From an uncultured bacterium (lineage in GTDB: Bacteria > Verrucomicrobiota > Verrucomicrobiia > Limisphaerales > UBA8199): a stretch of DNA of 64,000 nt. This document shows positions 40,516 to 50,307 of the stretch, piece by piece. The notes below the pieces were generated by a model, which was given only the letters and a program-made list of their open reading frames with translations, was not told the origin of the DNA and did not search any database. Location of the stretch: NCBI GenBank assembly GCA_963749495.1, contig CAVVMW010000005.1, forward strand, positions 160,001 to 224,000, in the 5' to 3' direction. Position 1 is the first letter of the stretch; the number at the start of each line of letters is the position of its first letter. The translations under genes and the position numbers were made by a program.

Positions 40516-41913
40516 ATGAACGCTCGATTGTCACTCGCCAAGGTCCTTGGCCCATCGGGGCCGGACATCACTGCCGCCATGGCCGCCGGACTGCGGTTTC
40601 TGGACGGTCATGACACTGCCTGTTTGCTGGGGCAGGTGGGGCGCACCGTTGCCGAGGTGCCGCCCTTTTCACCCATCGACAAGGCGGCGCTGCAGGATTC
40701 CTACGGCGGCAGCCAGAAAGGGCCGGCCGACGATTTCCTGGTCGGGCGCGGTCTTTTCTACATCACCGAGCAGCGGCGGCTGTTCCTGGATTGCACCTCA
40801 GGCCATTACCAAATGGCTTGGGGCTACAATCACCCCGAACTGTGCGGGGCCATCGAAGCCGCCAGCCGGGCGGGGGTGGTTTGGGACAATCACTCGAATA
40901 TCCCCCAGGCGCCGCTCAAATGGCTGGCGCACCGGCTCGTGGCTGTGGGCAATGCGCCGGGCGAGACGGATCCCTTGGATACGGTGTTGCTGGGTGTGTG
41001 CACCGGTTCGGTGGCCTGTGCCGCCGCGCTGAAGATTCAGCTCAAGGTCTTTGAGCGCGAACACGGCCGGCAGGCGGTTCCCGTTATCGCGGTCCTGGAT
41101 GGCAACTACCACGGCACAGACATGGTGCCGCAATTCATGCGGGGCATGTGGTCGGGCATGCCACGGCCGTTTGAGGTCGTTTTGCTGCCGCCCAACGAGC
41201 CCGCGGCGTTGGAGAAGGCCTTCCACACGCACGGCGCGCGGCTGGCCGGGTTCTGGGCCGAACCGATCATGATGAACCGCGAAGCCATTGCCGTGGATGC
41301 GGAATACCTGCGCCTGGCGCAACGCCGGTGCCGGGAGACGGGGGCGCTGATGTGCCTGGACGAAATCCAGACCGGCTTCTGGCAGCCGGAGGTGTTCGAG
41401 TTCCGCCGGCTCGGCTTGCAGCCGGACCTGGTTGTCCTGGGCAAAGGCATGACGGCCGGCTTCCACCCGTTGTCGGGCGTCCTGTTCCGCCAACGGCATG
41501 ATGTGCTGGAGCAGTACGATGCCATCAGCACCAACGGCTCGGCGTCCCTGCCTGCGTTCGTGGCCCTCTGCTCGATGGAGTTAATCCAGGAGCAGGCCCA
41601 ACGCATCCGCGAGATGGGCCGGCGCATTCACAGCGGCTTCGAGTCGCTGGCAGCCGAGTTCCCTGGGGCGCTGCTCCGCGCCCAGGGCCGCGCGCACCTC
41701 GCCGGCCTGAAGTTCCGGCACGTGGAACAAGCCAGGCAGTTCCATCGGCGGCTGCTGGAAGCCGGGCTTTGGACTCGAGTCCACGCCTATCATGAGGGCC
41801 ACAGCACGATCTTGACGAAGCTCGGTTTGTTGGCCCACGATACCGTTGTCGATTTCGTCCTGGAGAGCTTTAGAAAAGTGCTCCGGGCCAACGAATACCA
41901 GGCCGGCCAATAG
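40516..41913 (+). CDS. Class III PLP-dependent aminotransferase
   Basis: FLDCTSG..WGYNHP, NYHGT, WAEPI, LDEIQTG, PDLVVLGKGMTAGFHPLS (PLP Lys present). Confidence 0.88.
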   Translation: MNARLSLAKVLGPSGPDITAAMAAGLRFLDGHDTACLLGQVGRTVAEVPPFSPIDKAALQDSYGGSQKGPADDFLVGRGLFYITEQRRLFLDCTSGHYQMAWGYNHPELCGAIEAASRAGVVWDNHSNIPQAPLKWLAHRLVAVGNAPGETDPLDTVLLGVCTGSVACAAALKIQLKVFEREHGRQAVPVIAVLDGNYHGTDMVPQFMRGMWSGMPRPFEVVLLPPNEPAALEKAFHTHGARLAGFWAEPIMMNREAIAVDAEYLRLAQRRCRETGALMCLDEIQTGFWQPEVFEFRRLGLQPDLVVLGKGMTAGFHPLSGVLFRQRHDVLEQYDAISTNGSASLPAFVALCSMELIQEQAQRIREMGRRIHSGFESLAAEFPGALLRAQGRAHLAGLKFRHVEQARQFHRRLLEAGLWTRVHAYHEGHSTILTKLGLLAHDTVVDFVLESFRKVLRANEYQAGQ

Positions 41914-41928
41914 CCCGAAAGGCAAACT

Positions 41929-43336
41929 ATGAACACCGCTGTGCGCCCGAAAATCGGGCTTCTGGCCCTGACCCTGGAGCTATACGAGACTCTGGTTCCG
42001 GGCCTGCGTGAATCCCGCGAGGCCTGGGTGCGCCGGGCGGTGCTCCCGGCGCTGCAACTGCACGCTGACCTCCTCTTCAGCAGGGCGGTCTTTCAGCGCG
42101 AGGCCATCGAGGACGCGGTCCGGCAGTTCGAGAACGCCGGAGCAGACGCCCTGCTGGTCCTGCTGTTGACTTACTCGCCCAGCCAGCTTGCCTTGCCTGC
42201 GTTGCAGCGGACTCGCCTGCCGATCGTAATCTGGAATACCCAGGAACTGAGGGCGGTGGACCCTTCGTTCACCGTCGCCGCCATGATTGAGAACCATGGT
42301 GTGCACGGGACGCAGGATCTGGCCAACGTGTTGGTGCGCGCCGGCGTCCGATTTTATTATGTGACCGGCCACCCGGAGGATGCGCAGGGGCTTGGCGAGT
42401 TGGCCGACTTCTTCGTTGCGGCGGCAGCCGTGCGCCGTCTGCGCTCAGCCCGGATTGGCCTGATCGGCTACCCCTTTCCCGGCATGGGGGACTTTGCCCT
42501 GGATTCCACTTACATGGTCTCCACGCTCGGTTGCTCCTGGACCAATCTCACCGTCGAGGAATATGTGAAGCGTTCTCTTGCCGCCGACCCCGCCGAGCTT
42601 GCCAGCCTGGTCGAGGAATACCGGCGCAGTTATGCGCTCGCACCGGACTTGACCGATTTCGACCTGGAATGCACCGCCCGAGCCGAGTTGGCGTTGCGGG
42701 GGATGGTGCGCGGCTACCGTCTGGACGCGCTGACCTACCAGTTCATGGCTTTTGGGGATGACGAACGCACCTCGACCCTGCCATTTGTGGCTGCCAGCCG
42801 TCTCATGGCCCAGGGCATCGGTTTTGGGGGTGAAGGGGACCTGATTGCAGCCGCCGCGACGGCATTCTTCAACTGGCTGCGACCACCGGCGAGCTTCACG
42901 GAGGTTTTTACCATCGACTTCGATGGCGGCACTCTTTTCATGAGCCACATGGGGGAGGCCAATGTCGCGATGGCGCCGCGAGGCCGCAAGGTGCCCCTCG
43001 TCGCCCGGCCAGTGCCCATTACCCGGACCCGCGATCGCCAACTCGCCCTCGTTACGACCTTCGAGCCCGGGCCGGCCACGTTCATGGCGTTGACCCTGGG
43101 GCAGGGCGGCAAATGGCGAATTATTGCCGCCCCGGCGGTCATCGAGCCTTTCGGCCCGCTGCCGGGTCTCTGTGTGCCTCATTTCAAGCTCAAGCCGGCC
43201 CGCGACGTTCGCGAGTTTCTCACCGCTTACGCCCGTGCCGGGGGCCCGCACCACAACGCCGTTCTGCTTCGGCGACGCCCGGCAGCGTCTCCGTCTGGCC
43301 GCCGGCCTGATCGAGGCGGATTACGTCGAACTCTAA
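41929..43336 (+). CDS. L-arabinose/L-fucose isomerase-family protein (one-base frameshift at ~43263)
   Basis: NHGVHGTQDL, GFGGEGD, SFTE, MSHMGEAN, GGPHH. True tail CFGDARQRL..DYVEL is in the next frame. Confidence 0.8.
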
Positions 43337-43351
43337 GAGACAATGGCGAAA

Positions 43352-43431
43352 TTAACCGCAAAGAACGCAGAGAACACAAAGAGCCGGGAATCAAGGCGTT
43401 TCTCTGCGATCTTTGCGTTCTTTGTGGTTAA
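43352..43431. repeat. Inverted pair of 9-mer tandem repeats
   Basis: TTAACCGCAAAGAACGCAGAGAACACAAAG ... CTCTGCGATCTTTGCGTTCTTTGTGGTTAA. Confidence 0.75.
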
Positions 43432-43472
43432 TTCTGCAACCGCCTCTAACTGTTCATGACCACTCAGGCCCT

Positions 43473-44918
43473 ATGCTCCTCGCGCTCGACCTAGGCACAA
43501 CCAACGTAAAGGCCCTCGTGACGGACCGCCTCGGGCATTCGCTTGCCCGCGGGGCCTGCCCCGTCCATCTGTCTTACGTCGAGAACGGCGGAGTCGAACA
43601 GGACAGCGAGGAAATCTGGCAAGCCGCGCTTGCGGCCATCCGGCAGGCAGTCGTTTCCGTGGAAGCCGCAGCCGTAGAGGCCATCGGCATTTCCAGCCAG
43701 GGAGGGGCCATGCAAGTGCTCGATGCGGGGCGCCGTCCGCTGGGGCCTGTCATCAGTTGGCTGGATCAGCGCGGACGCCCCTTTGACGACGCCCTCACCG
43801 CGGAGTTGGGCCGGAAATGGTTCCTGGAGCACATCGCCCACGGGCGCTCAGGGTTTGCTATCGGGCAGGTCCTGCGGCTTGGCCGGCAACAGCCCGGGCA
43901 AATCACACCGGCGAATAGCATCGGCTTTGTCGGCGACCTGGTTGCCGCCCGGTTGTGCGGGCGCGCTGCGCAGGATGGCACGTCGGCGGGACTGACGTTG
44001 TTCTACGATCCGAAGTCCCGTGCCTATGATAGCGACCTGCTGCAACGGCTGGGCTTGGCCGCAAACCAACTGCCGGTGCTGGTCTCACCGCGCGAGCCGG
44101 CGGGCCGTCTCTTGCCGGAAGCCGCCCGGGCTGCCGGTTTGCCGGCGGGCATTCCTGTCTCGGCCGCGGTGCACGATCAATATGCCTCGGCGCTCGGCTC
44201 CGGGGCGGTGAAGGCCGGGGCGGTCATGGTGGGCACCGGCACGGCCTGGGTCTTGCTCGCGGCGACTAATCAAATGCCCGTGCCTGTCCATGACGAGGCG
44301 CTGGTGTGCCATCACCTGGTTGAAGGTCTTTGGGGCCAGATCATTTCGATGGTCAACGGCGGCTCGGCCTTGACGTGGGCGCTTGAGTTGACGGGCCTTG
44401 CTCGCCCGGACCCGGACAGACTCGATCAACTCCTGGAATCCGTCCCCCCCGGGAGCGATGGCTTGCTCTTCTGGCCGTTCATGACCCCGTTTGGCGCCTC
44501 CGGCCTGCCCTCGGGTGTTCGCGGGCGTCTCTCCGGCCTCCAACTCTCGCATGGCGCGCCTCACGTTCTCCGCGCGGTGGTCGAAGGACTGGCCTGCGAG
44601 TTGAATCGCCATCTGGATTTCCTGCGAAAGGCGGGCCAGCCCATTGAATGGATGAGCCTGTGTGGAGGCGCGGCGGCAAGCCGCGTCACGCCGCAACTTC
44701 TGGCCGATGTGACCGGCCTGCCGTTGCGCTGCTTTTCCAGCAGCGAATCCAGCCTGCTGGGGGCAGCCATTGTTGCTCGGGGCTTGCTTGAGCCAGGCGC
44801 GTCGTTGACCGGCCTGGCCGAGGCGATGATCCCCGCCGCTCGCCAGGTTGCCCCCGGCGCCAACGCCCCCTTCTACAAGGACCTCTATCGCAGTTATCTG
44901 GCGTCCCTGCGCTTTTGA
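43473..44918 (+). CDS. FGGY-family carbohydrate kinase (xylulokinase-like)
   Basis: LALDLGTTNVKA, ISWLDQR, HDQ, GTGT, RAVVEG, GGAAAS. Confidence 0.88.
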   Translation: MLLALDLGTTNVKALVTDRLGHSLARGACPVHLSYVENGGVEQDSEEIWQAALAAIRQAVVSVEAAAVEAIGISSQGGAMQVLDAGRRPLGPVISWLDQRGRPFDDALTAELGRKWFLEHIAHGRSGFAIGQVLRLGRQQPGQITPANSIGFVGDLVAARLCGRAAQDGTSAGLTLFYDPKSRAYDSDLLQRLGLAANQLPVLVSPREPAGRLLPEAARAAGLPAGIPVSAAVHDQYASALGSGAVKAGAVMVGTGTAWVLLAATNQMPVPVHDEALVCHHLVEGLWGQIISMVNGGSALTWALELTGLARPDPDRLDQLLESVPPGSDGLLFWPFMTPFGASGLPSGVRGRLSGLQLSHGAPHVLRAVVEGLACELNRHLDFLRKAGQPIEWMSLCGGAAASRVTPQLLADVTGLPLRCFSSSESSLLGAAIVARGLLEPGASLTGLAEAMIPAARQVAPGANAPFYKDLYRSYLASLRF

Positions 44919-44932
44919 CCCGGAGTCCGCCC

Positions 44933-46015
44933 ATGAATGACGTGCCCCTCTACTTCGTCTGGAGCTACACGGATGCGGACCGGGCCTTCTGGGTCGAGCA
45001 TCTCGAGGACTGGCTTCCGCGCCGTATCCTCGACGCGCACACTCATATCGCCAATCCGGCGCACCGCCTGGTTCCCATGACTGAGGCCATGCGCAAGCAG
45101 TATTGGGTCAACGAGGTCTTCGAGCCAATCGAGGCCTCCGCCGCCGAACGCTGCTTTCGCACCGTATTCCCAAACCGGGACTTCAGTTGCCTGGCCTTCG
45201 GCATGCCCGACCTGGATTTCGATCTCGATGCCGGCAATGCCTGCCTCCACGAGGAGTGCCCGAAACGCGGCTGGTTCAGCCTGGCGGTCATTCGCCCGCA
45301 GTGGACCCAGGACAAGATGGCTGCCTTGCTGGATGCGCCGGGCGTGCTCGGCGTCAAGCCCTACTACTCGCTCATCAGCCCTAACCGCGAGACCCGTGAC
45401 GCGCACCTCGAAGCCGGCATCTTCGATTTCCTGCCTCACCACCTGCTCGAAGTCCTCAATGACCGCCGGGCCTGGGTGACCCTGCACGTCCCGAAGGCCT
45501 CCCGGCTTGGCCACCCCGACAACATCCGCGAGGTCCGGGAAATCCGCCGCCGCTACCCGGACATTGTCCTGGTCATTGCCCACCTTGGCCGCTGTTACAC
45601 CGAACCGCATGCCATCGAGGCATTGCCCCAGTTCGCCGACGACCCGGGCCTCTTCTTCGATACCTCGGCCGTCCTGAACCCCGCCTGCCATCGCATCGCC
45701 CTCCAGCACTTCGGCCCGCAGCGCATTCTATACGGCTCCGACAACCCCGTCCTGTTTATGCGCGGCCGCCGCCAATACCGCGGCCGCTCCTACCTCAACC
45801 GGACCAGCCATCCCTTCCACCTCAACCGGCAGCGCGAAGCCGCCGAGATCGAAGCCCGGTACACGCTTTTTATGTATGAAGACTTGCGCGCCCTCAAACT
45901 GGCCTGCCAGGACCTGGGCATCAACGCCCGGTCCGAGATCGAGGCCATCTTCCATGACAATGCCCGGCGCTTGATCGATGCTGTTCTCGCGCGCAAGCGC
46001 GGGGATGACGAATGA
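44933..46015 (+). CDS. Amidohydrolase-family TIM-barrel metal-dependent hydrolase
   Basis: ILDAHTH, TLHVP, IAHLGR, FDTSAV, ILYGSDNP. Confidence 0.85.
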   Translation: MNDVPLYFVWSYTDADRAFWVEHLEDWLPRRILDAHTHIANPAHRLVPMTEAMRKQYWVNEVFEPIEASAAERCFRTVFPNRDFSCLAFGMPDLDFDLDAGNACLHEECPKRGWFSLAVIRPQWTQDKMAALLDAPGVLGVKPYYSLISPNRETRDAHLEAGIFDFLPHHLLEVLNDRRAWVTLHVPKASRLGHPDNIREVREIRRRYPDIVLVIAHLGRCYTEPHAIEALPQFADDPGLFFDTSAVLNPACHRIALQHFGPQRILYGSDNPVLFMRGRRQYRGRSYLNRTSHPFHLNRQREAAEIEARYTLFMYEDLRALKLACQDLGINARSEIEAIFHDNARRLIDAVLARKRGDDE

Positions 46016-46204
46016 CGAATGACGAATGACGAATGACGAATGACGAATGACGAATGACGAATGACGAAATGCAGAAGCGGCCAACCACCATATGAGGGGA
46101 ATCATGAATCATGGAAGCAAGAGGCAAAAGCCAGGAGGCCCATGCCAAACTTGATACACGTGACTCTTTTCGTCATTCGTCATTCGTCATTCGTCATTCG
46201 TCAT
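46005..46204. repeat. Inverted microsatellite pair (ATGACGA)9 ... (TCGTCAT)5
   Basis: 46005-46067 and 46170-46204. Confidence 0.9.
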
Positions 46205-46239
46205 TCATCACTCAATCCATTGAAAAACCTGTTAAGGCT

Positions 46240-47382
46240 ATGAAAACCCTCCCCTTCGGCATCATCGGCGCCGGTCTCATGGGCCGCGAGTTTGCCAGCG
46301 CCGCCGCCCGCTGGTGCCACCTCCTGAAACCCTCCGCCCGGCCGGAGATCGTCGCTCTCTGCAATCGCAGTCCCGGCGCATTCGAGTGGTTCGGCCGGAA
46401 TTTCCCCGGCATCCGCCAATTCACGCACGATTACCGGCAAATCCTGGCGAACTCCGAAGTCGAGGCGGTGTATATGGCCCTGCCCCACCATCTGCACCAG
46501 GAGGTCTGCTGCGCGGCCATCGCAGCGGGCAAACATCTCATGGCCGAGAAACCCGTCGGCATCGACCTGGCGGCCAATCGCGCCATCGAGGCAAGCGCGG
46601 CGAGCCACCCGGAAGTTTTCGTGCGCTGCGCCTCCCAATGGGTCTTCTTCCCGGCCGTCCAGCGCATCGCCGATGCCCTCGAGCGCAAGGCCTTCGGCCG
46701 CATCATCGAAGTCAATGCCGGCTTCCTTCACTCCAGCGACCTTGACCCCGCCAAGCCAATCAACTGGAAACGCATGATCGAGTTCAACGGCGAGTATGGC
46801 GTCATGGGCGACCTGGGGCTGCACGTCTGCGCCTTGCCTTTCCGCGCCGGGTGGACCCCGAAAAACGTGCGCGCCGTCCTGTCCGACATCGTCAAGGAAC
46901 GCCCCGACGGCAAAGGCGGGCGCGTCCCGTGCCGAACCTGGGACAATGCCACGCTTCTCTGCGAGGCGGAGGATCCGACAAGCGGGGAACTGTTCCCCAT
47001 GACCCTCAAGCTGCAGCGCATCGCTCCCGGCCAGAAAAACACCTGGTACATCGAAATCCTCGGCACCAAGCTCTCCGCCCGCTTTTCCACTCGAGACCCG
47101 AAACGCCTCGACTGGCTCGACTACACGGGCGGCGAACAGGTCTGGGGCTCCATCCAGACCGGCCACGAGACCGCGTTCCCGACCATCACCGGCCCGATCT
47201 TTGAGTTTGGTTTCTCGGACGCCATCCTGCAGATGTGGGCGGCGTTCCTCCATGAACTGGTCGAGGGCCGCGCCCCGAAGCGCTTTGCCGGTTGCGCCAC
47301 CCTCGCCGAAGCCGCTCTGAGCCACCGCCTCTTCACCGCCGCCCTGCAATCCCAAAAGCACCAAACGGTGGAAACCGTCTAA
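46240..47382 (+). CDS. Gfo/Idh/MocA-family oxidoreductase
   Basis: FGIIGAGLMG, AGKHLMAEKP, GVMGDLGLH. Confidence 0.9.
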   Translation: MKTLPFGIIGAGLMGREFASAAARWCHLLKPSARPEIVALCNRSPGAFEWFGRNFPGIRQFTHDYRQILANSEVEAVYMALPHHLHQEVCCAAIAAGKHLMAEKPVGIDLAANRAIEASAASHPEVFVRCASQWVFFPAVQRIADALERKAFGRIIEVNAGFLHSSDLDPAKPINWKRMIEFNGEYGVMGDLGLHVCALPFRAGWTPKNVRAVLSDIVKERPDGKGGRVPCRTWDNATLLCEAEDPTSGELFPMTLKLQRIAPGQKNTWYIEILGTKLSARFSTRDPKRLDWLDYTGGEQVWGSIQTGHETAFPTITGPIFEFGFSDAILQMWAAFLHELVEGRAPKRFAGCATLAEAALSHRLFTAALQSQKHQTVETV

Positions 47383-47446
47383 TATACCCAAATCTGGTTG
47401 ATCACCGCCGCCCGAATACTCATGCTTGTCCCAGTCTAGGAAATTC

Positions 47447-49601
47447 ATGAGCACTTCTGAGATAGGCCTCAGGTCCGCGACACCGTGGCCGTTTGTCTTG
47501 GTCGGGGTTGGCCTCTGGCTGGCGGCTGTTGGCGAGGCGGCCCCGTCTGAGGCGAGCGCCGAACGCTCGCCGGTCCCTTTGCCTCTCCGGGAGAATGCCC
47601 GGACGCGTCTGTCATTGCCTGCCTGGCCTTCGCCGGGCTTGACCCTGCACGTTTCAGCCAGCGGCAGCGAGAGAGGCGACGGGACCTCGGCCCACCCGTT
47701 TGGCAGCCTCGAGCGGGCGCGAGATGAAATCCGCGCATGGCGGCGGAATGGGCCCCTGCCCAAGGGCGGCGTCGAGGTTCTCGTGCATGGCGGCGAATAT
47801 AGCGTGGCGCGGACCTTCTCGCTGGCGGAGGGCGATTCGGGGACCGAAGCCGCCCCGGTGGTGTTCCGGGCGGCGCCGGGCGAAAAGCCGAGCTTTCGCG
47901 GGGGAACCCGTGTGACGGGTTGGCGCCCGTTGTCCGACTCGGACGGCTACCCGCAGATTCCGGCGGAGTCGCGCCCCCGGATCTTGGGTGGCGGATTTGA
48001 GGGCCTGCGGGGTCACCAACCTGTTGCCCCTGAAACTCGGCGGGTTCGCCAGCGGCAATGGTTTTCGCACGCATCCGGCGCACGAGCTGTTCTTCGATGG
48101 CCGGGCCATGACTCTGGCGCGCGGACCCAACGAAGGGTTCCTGCGCATCAGTGCGGTGGCCGTCAAGGATGGCACCAAAGGCTACGACCGCGAGGGCAGT
48201 AAGACCGGCAAGTTCTTCTACCAGGGCGACCGGCCCCGCCGATGGGCAGCCGAGCCGGATCTGTTGCTCTACGGATATTGGTTCTGGGACTGGGCCGATT
48301 CCTATGAACGCGTGGCCAGCATCGATCCCGAACAACGGCTGATCACCCTCGCCCAACCCTGGCACTCCTATGGATTTAGCGTCGGCGCTCCGTTCTATGC
48401 CGTCAACGCCCTGAGCGAGCTGGATGCGCCGGGCGAGTGGTATTTGGACCGCGCGCGCGGCCGGGCGCTCCTCTACCCGCCCGCCGACCCGGGCAAAGCC
48501 GCCATCGAGATGAGTCAGTTCGCTGCGCCGATGCTGCGACTGGAGAATGTGTCGTGGGTGTCCTTCTGCGGTCTCACCTGGGAGCTCGGCAGCGCGGATG
48601 CCATTCATGTGGGCGGCGGGGCGCACTGCCTGTTTGCCGGCTGCACGGTGCGGTATTTTGCCGGAAACGGGATTGAAATTGCCGGCGGCCAACAGCACGG
48701 GTTGCGTTCCTGCGACATCTATTCGATGGGCCGTGGAGGAACGGTCATAACCGGCGGAGACCGCAGGGCCCTCGAACCCGGCGGTCATTTTCTGGAGAAC
48801 TGCGACATTCATGACTTGTCGCGGATCGACCACACTTACACCCCGGCGCTGGTCCTGGACGGGGTTGGCAACCGCATCGCCCATAACCGCATGCATGACA
48901 TCAGGAGCAGCGCCATGCGCGTCGAGGGGAACAATCACGTGGTGGAGTTCAACGAAGTGTATAGCGCCGTGACGGAATCCGACGACCAGGGAGCGGCGGA
49001 CATGTTCGGGAACCCGACGTACCGCGGCAACGTGTACCGCCACAATTACTTCCATCATATCGGCAACTGGCGCGGCGCCGGCGAGCAGCCCAAGTGCGGC
49101 CAGGCCGGCATCCGCCTGGATGACGCCATCTGCGGCACCGTGATTTGCGGGAACGTCTTCGAACGTTGCTCGGCGGGCAAACTGGGTTTTGGCGGGGTGC
49201 AAATCCACGGGGGCAAAGACAACGTGATCGAGAACAACATCTTCATCAACTGCGCGGCCATGGTGAGTTGTTCGCCCTGGGACACAAATCGCTGGCGGGA
49301 CTATGTCGGAAGGGCCTTGAATTCCGGCCAGATTGATCGGGCGCTTTACGAGCAACGCTATCCCGAACTGGCCCACCTGGCCGAAAACGCCAACCGGAAC
49401 TACGTCCGCCGGAACCTGGGCTGGCGCTGCGGAGAACTGCTTCGCCGCGCGCCTCAGAACCTTGACGCCAAAGACAACGCCACATTAGGCGATGATGAGT
49501 TTGTCTGGGAGCCGGCAAGCTTCCAGTTGAACCGCCCTGGCTTCGACCCGATCCCCTTCGAGGAGGTCGGGCTTTACCGGGATGTTCCGTTTCGCCCATA
49601 A
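47447..49601 (+). CDS. Secreted right-handed parallel beta-helix protein (carbohydrate-active candidate), frameshift at ~47985
   Basis: LHVSASG..GDGTSAHPFGSLERARD, VHGGEY, NALSELDAPGEWYLD, ESDDQGA, GIRLDD, HGGKDNVIENNIF. Confidence 0.8.
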
Positions 49602-49703
49602 TTTGCCTTGGATTAGGGGCGGGGCAGGTGTAAGGTGGGGCCTTGACTCAGGTTGCACGAACAGGCGCGGGCAAACACCGAAACGAACAGGAAACTCAAA
49701 CCC

Positions 49704-50070
49704 ATGAAACGGACCGCCAATGCCTCTGCCGGAAAAGGGCCCCGGCGACCGCCGGACCCCGGTTCACAAGCAGTCGGGCACATCAACCATCGTTCGTCCT
49801 TCACACTGATCGAACTGCTGGTCGTCATCGCCATCATCGCCATCCTGGCGGCAATGCTGCTGCCCGCCCTGAGCAAGTCCAAGGCCCGCGCGCAGGCCGC
49901 CACGTGCATGAGCAACGCCAAACAGCTCATGGATGCCATGCACATGTACACCGGAGACAACACGGATTACTTTCCGCCGAACCCGGACGATGGCCGGGAT
50001 GCCGTGGGGTATGAATGGTGCTGCGGCGACGTGAGCGGCGGCATGCCGGCGGGCGTGGCGGCGGCCTCAG
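49704..50070 (+). pseudogene. N-terminal half of a prepilin-like (N-terminal cleavage/methylation) protein
   Basis: [48 protein letters not shown], then unrelated sequence; no H-X9-DG tail. Confidence 0.8.
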
Positions 50071-50185
50071 GGCCACGCTTTGCCTTGAGTTGGGAGACCC
50101 GGACCACCAGGATGCAGGATAGTGGTCTGGAAAAAAACCAAGTTCCTGCCCTGCCTCTAAAACCGTGCCCCCTTGCGAAATCGAT

Positions 50186-50307
50186 GACATTTCGCTTGCA
50201 TTGGCAGAAGAAAAGATGGAAAACGGTAGCCGTCAGATAAAGTCCATTGTTTGCTGCCGGGGACGGCTGTTCAACCCCGGCGAGGCTAGAGCCTTGCCGG
50301 GGCGGAT
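50186..50307 (+). promoter_or_regulatory. Conserved 5' leader of GloVer paralogues (copy 3)
   Basis: GACATTTCGCTTGCATTGGCAGAAGAAAAGATGG...GCCGGGG..CCCCGGC..GCCGGGG. Confidence 0.7.

Noticed and set aside
50070..50240. Genuine C-terminus of the pilin-like ORF 49653..50240
   Set aside because: It is read-through into the non-coding GloVer leader; the same '[17 protein letters not shown]' text appears at 12150-12204.
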